Below are positions 1 through 10,890 of a stretch of 35,661 nt of DNA, in pieces. The notes beneath the pieces were generated by a model. That model did not search any database, was not told the DNA's origin, and saw only the letters and a list, made by a program, of their open reading frames with translations. A program made the translations under genes and the position numbers. The stretch is taken from the NCBI GenBank assembly GCA_000320545.1, contig ADNK01001720.1, positions 1 through 35,661 on the forward strand, read 5' to 3'. Numbering within the stretch: the first letter of the stretch is position 1; every line of letters starts with the position of its first letter. The stretch is from Bigelowiella natans CCMP2755 (taxonomy: Eukaryota > Protista > Cercozoa).

Positions 1-246
1 GAAACCCCCCCCCCTCTTTAAGATTTATCTTCATCAGCATTTTAACACCAAATACCTGCACGCTCTCTGGAAGAGAATCGTGTTACCCCCCTTTCAAATA
101 AATACTCGATCTTAAAGGGACCATTCAAAGAGAATTTTCGACGCATTTTTCTCCCCCCCACTTTTGAGAAAATAGTCTCCCGAAATTAGGTACCCTCCTC
201 CCCCCAGTATATTTTCTTTCCCCCTCCCCCCCCCCCCTGTTCTCAG

Positions 247-883
247 GAATGCCTGTCGCAGCTATGCTTCAGAACCTCAATGCTACAGTGACGGTAGTCG
301 TGTGAAAGCAGTGAGGAATGACATGACGACTCACAACACTATCAAACACCAAGCAGCACAGCAGCACTAACCCAAGCGTCAATCGACTATACCGCCGCCA
401 TTAAGAAACACGGCTTTTCGCTGAGTCGATGACGAGAGAGGCGCTTTGCGCTTTCACGCTGGTCTCTATGAGGAGACGTGTTATTTACAAAATGTCCGCT
501 CAGGTTTGCCACTCGAAAACGAAGAACCTGAAGGAACATCTTCTGTACGTCTTTGTCAAAATCAGCTGGCACACGACATTATTCTGCGCGAGAAGCACTT
601 GCTTTTCCAATCATGCCTCTCGATCGATTTTGTTGTTGCTGCTGCTGCTGCTGTTCTCATGGTGCGCGCGCGTGCATATCTGCATTTTTCCAGGAGGGCA
701 GATATCATCATTGCAGCTATAGGCAGGGCGGAATTCGTGAAAGCTGATATGGTCGCGCGCGCGCACACACACACACAAGAACACAGTCTAATATATATAT
801 ATATATATATATTTATTTATTTATTTATATTGATTCCATTATTATTTACAATTCGAAAACGAGTGCCTTAACTGCGATTTCCT

Positions 884-927
<44 letters not shown>

Positions 928-1390
928 CTTCTGTTTTTCCCCTTTCTTCGCCCCGCCCATACCTGCTATTTGCTCCTTGCGATCTACTGTGTGATGACGA
1001 CGCGCAGGTGAAGCCAGGGGCCACTGTGATTGACGTGGTGAGACAGCATCAGCGCGCTTCTAACCCTCCCCCCTCCCTCCTTCCTTGGCCTCAGCTATCA
1101 TCATCGTAAACATCGGCTTGATATACTCTACATTTGTTTTAATCCTACTCATCATTCGCATCAATAAATTGAGTCGCCTCCCCCTTTTAACCTACCAAAA
1201 GCATATCCTTCACCACAGACGCCGCTGCCCCCCCCCCCCCCCTTTCCCCTCTCCCCTCCTTATAATCAGGGAATCAACTCAAAGCCGGACGCTACTAGGA
1301 AGAGAGGATACCGGCTAGTTGGTAAGGGCAGCAATTATGGAATTCCATGCTGTTTGCAGCAGCCATAATATGTATATCACAACATTATAT

Positions 1391-1429
<39 letters not shown>

Positions 1430-1487
1430 GTTGATCATCAGGCGATGTGGACTACAAAGCTGTCAAAGAGATCGCAGGTTTTGAGTA

Positions 1488-1525
<38 letters not shown>

Positions 1526-1545
1526 GTGTGTACATATATAATTTA

Positions 1546-1586
<41 letters not shown>

Positions 1587-2068
1587 GCGAGATGCATGCT
1601 CATCATCGGCGAGTGAGCTGCTGCTGCCCCGCGGCCATTCTAGCGTTCCGTTTAGTTAAGGCCCTGTCTTCGTCATCGTCATCGTCGCGTCGGCACTGTC
1701 GCAATTTTTGTCGTTTGTTATTATTAGGAGCGATAACCCCTGTGCCCGGCGGTGTTGGCCCCATGACCATCGCTATGCTGCTGAAGAATACGTGAGTAGT
1801 GATTAGTTCCCCGACGAGAGAATGACAACGCTGCATCAAAAGAGGAGGATTATTTCGGATGATGTTGTGATCATGTCGCTCGGCAGAGAATCGCTTACGT
1901 GGTGGTGGTAGTGGCGGTATAATTGATAGGGGGGGGGATGGGGTTGTGCGGGTGGTTTGACAACTCAATTCTAATCGTCGTCGCTATCATCAACCTTCTG
2001 TCTCTCTCATTTTTTCAGGTTCAACCTCTGCCTCAGCAACAATAAAATTTCGTTTGATGATGCCTTGC

Positions 2069-2141
<73 letters not shown>

Positions 2142-2282
2142 TCGGACGCTGTTCAGAAGAATATCGTCCGGAATAGAAGTGCGTTTCTTCATTAAATATT
2201 GTGTGTTTGTGTGTGTGTGTGTTTGTGTGTGTGTGTCGCTCAGGAATCCATGTTCTCAAAGAAGCCATTTCCAGCGTCTTGA
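247..2282 (+). CDS. folD: Bifunctional methylenetetrahydrofolate dehydrogenase/cyclohydrolase (FolD/MTHFD-type), 5'-truncated by the window
   Basis: Phase-consistent GT-AG exons 247-293, 504-544, 694-751, 1008-1037, 1270-1321, 1442-1477, 1728-1791, 2019-2070, 2244-2282 give GMPVAAMLQNLNATVTVCHSKT...[32 protein letters not shown]...GYRLVGDVDY...AITPVPGGVGPMTIAMLLKNT, the family's C-terminal signatures. The last exon is less certain. Confidence 0.96.
2071..2137. repeat. Compound (GT)n(GA)n microsatellite; representative of dozens of intronic SSRs
   Basis: Visible; the (GT)n run starts exactly at the inferred splice donor (2071). Confidence 0.95.
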
Positions 2283-3254
2283 AGTAGGACGTTGTTGTGT
2301 GTACTTCTGGCCGAAGAAGAAGTCTCTCATTTCCGGCTCCGACCGAATCGCTGGTGCATGCGCGAGTGCACGTGTCTCACACTGGTCCGCACGATGACCA
2401 TCACTGTTGCTCTCAATGTGCGTGAGAACTCACGATCTCGATGCTTATCACTAGCTGCTGCAGATGCACATCTGACATGCATGGCACATGGCTAGATGGG
2501 TGCAAAACAATTGGCTCAAAACTGCCTCATTTGATGATGTGTGATGAAGTTTGATGCAGCACTTTCTGGGCTTTGCAAAGCATTCCAAATCACATTGCGT
2601 CTTTGGGCTTGCTCTAATGCCGTTTTCGCCATTTGAATGGCGCTCTTGCAGCTCCATTCCCAGGCATCGCTGCATGAAGCATTTTCGAGCGCAAACACAC
2701 TTGACGAAAAGCCGTGATGAGCACCTCATGTTTTTCACCACAATCACGCTGCAGCACTGGCAACGTCTCCTGGAGTTAACAGAAGTGCGATTAAGGCGCA
2801 CAGTGCTAATCTGTGAAAAAGTTATTCACCAAAGTTCTGCTTGCCATTGCATTGGCTGCAGACACATGCAGCACGATGATTAATAAACACAGCACAGACA
2901 CAATATGCACTTGTTCGATCACACGTGCATCGCACACATTGCACATTTACACGCGCATATGTATGTCCATGTTGCGTTGCCACTCTTGCTAGCTTGCGTC
3001 GCAAACACTTCCGCCACAATCAGACATCGCATCATGCGATCGCAAAATCCCAGATAGGCGCCCGCCGCGACACATGCAAGACGGATTAGCGCAAGCTAGC
3101 AAGCAAAGCCTAATAAACGAAGTGGAAAACATGTACGCACGCACGATGACAGCAGTGAACAGCGAATTACTTTATGAGCGATGTACTTAATCGCATAGTT
3201 GACCGATCGATCGAATCATAAATAATAATTGCTAGACGCTGTTAGTGCACACAA

Positions 3255-3287
<33 letters not shown>

Positions 3288-3324
3288 ATGCCAGCAGCTA
3301 CAAGCTAGAACGATTGCGCTATTT

Positions 3325-3584
3325 CTACTCATTTTTGGGCTTCGTATTCGTGCCACTGCTAGAGGCCGCTGCTTCAGATCCAGCCTGGTCTTCTCTACCG
3401 ATGGTTAGATCGACACGGGAGAAGAAAATGGAAATGCTGAAGAACAGCATGAAACCTAACGAGTGCAGTTGCATCGTGGTAGGTGTTTTTAATTTTGGCA
3501 GATCGGTCTTTCATCGTGATGTTTTGGAATTATTGCGATGTGTTTTGTCGTTTTCTTACTGTACGTGTGTGTATGTGTATGTGT

Positions 3585-3618
<34 letters not shown>

Positions 3619-3983
3619 CTGATGTACTTGCGCACATTTGTGGGTCTCTCTTAAGAGACGAATACGAGGGTGAAAATCACGACGACGATGATGATACCAT
3701 TGGCGATGGTGCTGGCATTCATTCATTCATTCATTCATTCATTCATATAATGAGGTACCGACCAATGACAACGAAAAGCGGGCCTCGATGAATCATGATA
3801 TTCGGGTAGGAATAAATGACCTATGTGTATGTATAGGCGCAGCAGCAGACTCAGAGATAGTAGATGATGAAAACAGCTCGTCTGACGACCGTCGTCATTA
3901 GATCCTCTCGCCTTTACCACCACCATCACCCACACTCCACCGTGTCGCACACGAACACATACACACATACACACAAGACAGAT

Positions 3984-4024
<41 letters not shown>

Positions 4025-4172
4025 AGATTCATTCATTTACCTGAAAGTACTGATTGTGGTAGCGCATGAGATTTTTTGTTTTAAGAACGAGGACAGGCCT
4101 CCCCGTGAGATCAAGGTATTTTTTTTGACGTGAAGGAGAAACCAAAAACGATGAGGATGAGGATGGTGATAG

Positions 4173-4207
<35 letters not shown>

Positions 4208-5030
4208 ATGATGACGACGACGGAAAAGACGCTGGGTTCTCAACTACCTGCACTTCAAAATCCACGCTATCGATGTGGAACGGAGTCACCCACTGGATAT
4301 CAGACGAGCTAGATACAAACGCAAAGCAATAGGAGCGAAGAGGGGAGGCGGAGGGGGGGGGGGGGGGAGGAGAAGAATCAAAACCTTGGAAGGAATAAAT
4401 AAATAAATTAAAAAACGGCGGGATAAATGGAAAAACTGCAGGTGAGAAGTGTGTGCTTGGTGGGGCGCCGGGAAATGAAAGAAAAGGTAATGATAACCAC
4501 AGTCAGTCACTCGTTCACGGCACAATTCTGACGCAGCACGGACGCCTTCGTCGAGACGACTACCACCACCACCACCACGACCACCAACACATCATCACAC
4601 CACGCAGGATCCATACCCTACCCCTCGCAGCTCCTACTACTCCTTTCATCACTAAGTTCTAGCAGCTGCTCACCCCTCGGGAAGCACAACTTTGATTGTG
4701 GCCTTTTCCGTCACAACCTCGTCAAACGGCGTGGAGAACGTCGTATTGAGCATATACGAGGATGTACCCTGCAGGGGGGGGGGGCATAGTAAATAACCAA
4801 AAGAGGGGAGGGGACATGAAAATCCAAGAGCGTTTACCGTTGGTATGAGACGAAAATATTTGAATCAATAGCTACTACACATGGAGAATCAAAGGGTTTG
4901 GTGAATGCAGCAAGCGTCATCATGATGGTTTGGGAAAATTGACCGGGATCGTCGATACGAGCTGCGTAATCGGAACGGTGTAGTACAGATTGAAGATGGA
5001 CTTCCAGCCTCCAAACAAGGGAAACCTTAC

Positions 5031-5066
<36 letters not shown>

Positions 5067-5983
5067 ATGATGATGATGATGATTCTGATGATGATGATGC
5101 TGATGATGACTATGATGATAATGATAATGATGATGGTGATAATGACGATGAGACTTTGTTTAATGCAGAACAACGGAGGGCTAGAAAGTCATGCGGAGAT
5201 ATCCCGCTCAGATTTCGGAGACTTCACGTTGCAAGACTTTTTTTGCTACAAATCCGCGTGTAAGTGGCGTCGTTATATAAGCACGAATTACCTTGGTCTC
5301 ATCTCAAACACAACGTTCTTGCTCGTCTGCGCAAACAACCAATCGCATCTTATCATCACCTTCCCCTTCATCGTTCGCATGCATGAATAGCACGCAAACC
5401 AACCCCCCCCCCCCGCCCGTGCGCGCCGATGACCACCCACACTGCGATTTGCTGACAGGACAAGGGGGGGGGGGGGGGGGGAAGGGGATTGATTAAAGAT
5501 GAAAAAGAATTACCTCTCTCACGTTGCTGGTGGAGATATTGCCGATATCGTCCCTGTAATCAATGCCGTAACTGTTCTCTGGAAGCTTGGCGGTGAAATG
5601 ATCGAAGCTAGATCCCCGCTGGCCTTTCTCGTAGTCGATACGAGAGAAAACATCCTGATTTATGTGGATAGATGAATGGTTATAAGAAGGAGGAGGAGGA
5701 GGAGGAGGAGGAGGAGGAGGAGGAGGCGGGGGAGCAAGAGGAGGGGGGGAGTGAGGTGGGGCGAGGGGAGGGGGAGGTGATCGAGAAAGCAAAGAATGCG
5801 TAGTTAGTAATGTGGAATAATAGTTGTCAGCACGTGCCTTGAGCTTTGCTCCGGAATGCCTCAAATTGTACGTTTCGGAGAAAACGACGCCGCCCCAATG
5901 ACACACCTTTTGTCCCCAAATAGTAGTAAGTAAGTAAAAGGAGCAAAGACCATATCTCAAAACAGCCGCAACCGCAAATGCAC

Positions 5984-6025
<42 letters not shown>

Positions 6026-6099
6026 GCGCGCGCGCCCACACGTCCATAACAATTATAGTCGTTCATATCCACAGCAACAAAACACTCTCATCATCACCC

Positions 6100-6147
<48 letters not shown>

Positions 6148-6877
6148 CAGCGATACAAGAATTGCATTTCGAGAACAAATGCAAGAAAAGGATTGAGGAA
6201 GAACAGCGACGGAAGGAACAGTAGCAACAACTAACCTTAATTTCGCGCTCCAACTCCGTGAGCGTTGAAAATTGAGCCTTGGACTCAAAGTGAATCGACA
6301 AGGGTTTGTACGTATATGGCTGTGGATCGAGAGGGGCAGGGGGTGGGGGGGGGGGATTGAGGTGATGAGACGACGCTTGCATTTAAATTCACACACTTTC
6401 GTCTAAAGGAATTTTTCCCGTCTTTGAAGCATTGCAAGCCAAAAGAGTCCTCCCCATTGTAACATCATCATCACCACCACCACCACCGTCCTCATTATCA
6501 TCAACGTCGCCCCATCATCATCAGCAGCAAAAACAACAACTGCCAACATCCCCATCTCCACTGTGTTTCCCAATAATGTGTGGAAAGGAGCACAGCCGGC
6601 AGGACAGAACACCGTCGAGACGAGCTCGCCTTTTAAGTATTTTCTTCGGCAGCTGACCTTAATATTCTCGTAGGGTCCGTAACTGAGCTTGCTTCCTTTG
6701 CTGCTATATGGCTTCGTTTTTGTAGACGAGAGGACGTTCGATGTACCTGTGCAGTAGGTTGTGTGGTAGAGAATGAGACAAGGAGAGAGAGAGAGGGCTG
6801 ATACTATGCGCTAAACGGAGAATGAGACCAGGGAGAGAGAAGGTTCATACTACGCGCTAAACGCTGGCTGATAAGAA

Positions 6878-6968
<91 letters not shown>

Positions 6969-7563
6969 GTCTGCTGGTGGATAATTACTTAGTTTTATGC
7001 TTGTCTTTTGAGACTTCACAGCGTATGGCGAAATCTCGTAGAGGCTGTGGGAACATCAGCATAAGGAGATCGGTCCTCATCAGAAACAAGCAAGAGCGAT
7101 GCACATGATTACAGCAAATCTTTTCTTCTTTGCTATCGCGGCTTTATGTTCTAAATGTGCATCATGAGAATGGTGGAACGAAGTAATACTCAACGACTCA
7201 GAACCTGCCGGTGTATTTGACGAGATGGGGGTCCATCTGCTTTCCCTCAGCAGGGTATGGAGTCAAAATGCCCTGCATCGAGGGGTTAAATGATGATAAG
7301 AGGAACATGGTAAGATTCTGTGCTAGGTTGAATGTAAGATTCCATCCCCGGTAACAAATTCAATTTTATATCGTAAAGTTTTTCAAGAAGCTCTCGGCTA
7401 CTACGCTTTGTGTGGATTCTCCTCACCACGAAGCCGGAAATAACCGTTATCTTCTTGACTTGCTTCGGTTTCAGGGGCTTGTCAAACGTGATCTGGGGAG
7501 ATTTAATGTCACGCGGGTCCAAATCAACAACTACATGCGAAAAACTATGATGTATGTGCATGT

Positions 7564-7604
<41 letters not shown>

Positions 7605-8091
7605 TGTGCTAAACGGTTGTTTCGTTCTTCCATCTGTACCTCGAACAAAGACTCATCATTTGGTCCCGTGGTTGGCAAATTGATAAGTTTGCACTTCTTC
7701 TTCGACGCTATTGCCTGAAAGGTCATTAGAAAAGAATGGGTGGTGTTTTCGTATCTCCGCAATACCCCTGCCCAATTACCTTGACAAAAGAGAGGTTCTC
7801 ACTTCGCTCTGACGGGACAGCTAGAACCATTGTTGACTGTTTCCAAAACGTGATAAAATTCAATTATCTTACTTAAGCGTTGGCCATTGCAACTAAGGAC
7901 CAATTTAAGAATCGCCTGATATGTGTTACCTCTGCTTTCTTCCCATCGTTGGAAACTGTTATCACTGACCGCACTCTCTCTGCATGACCACTCAAGTCTA
8001 TCTTCCTCTCGATGCTGTCAATCACAAGGGATGCTTGCGTCAGCGAGTTGCTGAAAAGGAGCAGGAGGAGGGGCAGCAGCTGACGACGCAT
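3325..8091 (-). CDS. RPN1: Ribophorin I / oligosaccharyltransferase subunit 1, 17 exons
   Basis: Signal peptide MRRQLLPLLLLLFSNSLTQA (ATG 8091); spliced motifs YGPYENIK, LEREIKVCHWG, FSRIDY, YRDDIGNISTS, RPRFPLFGGWK, VVLPEG, YLDLTGRPVLV; C-terminal TM segment; TAG at 3325-3327. One GC donor and one non-AG acceptor are needed (see findings). Confidence 0.95.
6770..6963. repeat. Degenerate ~46-49 bp tandem duplication followed by (TA)n and (GA)n in an RPN1 intron
   Basis: AGAATGAGAC..GGAGAGAGA..ATACTA(T/C)GCGCTAAACG occurs twice (6770-6863); microsatellites follow. Confidence 0.85.
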
Positions 8092-8746
8092 GGGGGGAGA
8101 ATGCGGAGTTTGGAGTAAAAAATCATATGCGACAACAAAAATCATTGTCGTCTATACAAATGTCAAGGTAAATTACTGCAAACATTAATTACTGGGATAT
8201 TTGGCTTGCGGCATCAGAAATACACAGATAATTTGTGCACAGACGGACACCTTCAAAATTGTTTCCTCCGTCATCCTTTTGATGATGTCGCAGATAACAA
8301 ATTAATCGAATAATCTTGTTCACTATAAAACCCGGCATTCTTTGGCAACGACATGGTGTGGATGGTTTTCTCGAGGCTTGTTGAGAAACTACAGGCTGTC
8401 CGGCGCGGATTCAATTTTTCAAAAAATATGTAAAAGTTTTTGAAAATAAAAGTCGGGCTAAATCCACAATTTGCCTGGGGGAATCTTCTTCGATCATAAC
8501 AATGAGGGACACTTAACACCACTTTAGAAATTCACGGGTTGTCGCATTGGGAAAACGTATTGAAATTCAGTATTTTCACCTGTCGCTTGTGCCGCAGATA
8601 TTCTGTTGCGAATTCAAATTTTGAAAGTTTAACCCTAGCTAGGATTGCAAGTGCCTTGCCCCCCTCGAGTTCTTCAACTGTAAGGGAGGGAGGATTTAGA
8701 ATAAATCCAAGGTTCGGGGGCTGTTATACCGTAGTGCTAGAGCAGT
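8092..8746. promoter_or_regulatory. Head-to-head intergenic region (putative bidirectional promoter), RPN1 / giant protein
   Basis: 655 bp between divergent ATGs; A/T-tract rich, SSR-free. Positional inference only. Confidence 0.55.
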
Positions 8747-10851
8747 ATGCTAAGAAATTCAGCAGTTTCCAGCGGGGCCATTGGCCGAATCGCCATAGCT
8801 CTCGCTACACTCTCGCTTACAAATTCAGTGACGTTCGAGTCGAAAGGGTTAGGAGGAGCAGAACACCTTCCTCTTGAGATGAGTTTCTTGGAAGAGTTAG
8901 ATAGAATACCAGACGCTACTCTTCCTACAGCTGCGAAAGTATCAGCTAAGACTGAGAAGAAGTTGAAGAAGCGATATCCTGTAGTAATTCGAAGTCAAAA
9001 GGACTGTCAAGAGGTGATGCTGAATTGAAACAAGCCGCATGCTCATGCATACATATCCACGAGGGAATTATAAACAAATATACAAATATATCAAGATGTG
9101 TACTTGAATTCTCTTTTTTCTCTTGCCCATCCTGTGCCTCACACACCATTTTCTTGTTCTAACAATATTGCAAAATTCGGTTTCAGCTTGGCTGGGAGGC
9201 TCACCAAAACGCGAGCGTATGCGCTGCGACCTTCATGGCACACCTGACCCCTCCATGCCCGCATCTGATGACCTATCCAGACGCGCTCAACTACTGCATG
9301 GGAGTTGGAGCTCGGATCTGCACTGCGCGAGAGCTAGGGTTTGACGTTGCAAAAGGAACAGGCTGTGACCTTGACGACAAGCAAGTCTGGTCTTCGACTT
9401 CGTGCTATGCTGGCCACGTATCAAAAGCAGGATCCCGTCTCTTTGAGTCGCCTGCTAAGAGAACTTGCCAGAACGATACTAAGCTTTTGGGCGTGAGATG
9501 CTGCGCTGATGCCTACATCCCCACCCCAGCATCGGTCAACTCCGCCGCGCCAGCACCGCCATTGGATTATGATTATTTAAGTCCTGAGGCAGGTGAGGGA
9601 GTCGGCGATTTCGATCAGGATCAAGGACTCGAGGACGCTCTCGCGGGCTCGATGTCCGGCGAAACCGCAGACGCCGGGCCACTTTAAAGCGCAAGGCGTG
9701 TGCCCGAAGGGCTACTCCGTCGTGTTTGAGCATGGGTACAAACGCCACTCAGACGTGGTCGCGGATGACATCGAGCTGTGCACTGCAGAATGCTCCTCGG
9801 ACCCACTTTGCAACCTAGTCGAATTCACGGAGCAAAGAGCCACTAGCGACGCCGTGCACCACCCGTGCAGGCTGTTTTCCGGCACTCAAAACCAGGACGA
9901 CAAGGCGGAAGTCTACACGGGAGTCACCGCTTGCCGGCGAATGACCAGTAACACAGCCTGCCTCGAGCTTGGGTTCGACGTCGATGACATTGACGACGTT
10001 TGCGAGTTCTCCTGCGAGGGCTCCGAGTGCCCAGCGATGGGGAAACCAGTACAGTTTATGCAGGCGGAAAGCTACTGTGATGAGCTTGGAGCTCGCCTCT
10101 GCTCGACGGAGGAGGTCGTCGATGACTTGAACCAGCTCTCATCCTCGGTCTGGACGTACAACGTGTGCGGCCGCGGCTACCATATGTCCGTGAGCAACAA
10201 GGGAAACACGTGCACCAGCGACAGCGACCTCGCCAAGATCCGCTGCTGCGCGGAGCGCTACGGCCGCGGGAACGCTACCGACTACATGCCAAAAGTGAAG
10301 AACATCACCGCGACCATGGAGCAAAACGCCGAGGGAAACGTCACTGCGACGGCGACGGCGGTAACAGTAACGGCGGCAGACATAGCAGCCGGAGAGGCAG
10401 ATGCTGCAGCAGCAGCGATGAACCTGACTTCAGAAGAGGCCGATAACATTGTCCCGGTGGAGACGTCAGAACCAGAGGAGCTTGACTTTCCTCTCGTTGG
10501 GATCAAACGCGACTTCAGTACAGGACAGGGCGGGAACATTCGCATCTTCATGCATCAACCTGCAGTTAGCACCGGACTAGAGACTTGCCTTGTCGTGAAT
10601 TACCCCCCCGTGCTGACGGCCGAGGAGGCGATGGCGTCGGGCGAGGGGGAGGCGGCAACCGCGCCGAAAGTTGAGGACTGCGGCGACAACGAAAATTGCG
10701 AGGATTTGGAAGAGAGTAAGTTGTGCTCTGTGTTATTAGCGATTCTACAACCTAGTATGGTAGTGGTGGTGGTGATGATGGTGGTGGTGGTGGTGATGAT
10801 AATAGTTGGTAATGAAATTGGTTATAACGATGACGAATTAAGACACGTATT

Positions 10852-10890
<39 letters not shown>

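Noticed and set aside
1790-1795. TGA after LLKNT as folD stop or readthrough site
   Set aside because: It lies in a consensus donor AC|GTGAGT, and a phase-compatible exon follows at 2019.
4500-4660. Possible intronic C/D snoRNA (GTGATGA...CTGA on the - strand)
   Set aside because: TGATGA is ubiquitous in these (GAT)n introns; no terminal stem or recognisable rRNA guide.
553-6656. Many short ORFs with poly-IY, HT, VC, RE, M or H runs
   Set aside because: Translations of intronic microsatellites.
6770-6863. Direct repeat as a CRISPR array or LTR
   Set aside because: Only two adjacent degenerate copies, no spacers, inside a eukaryotic intron.
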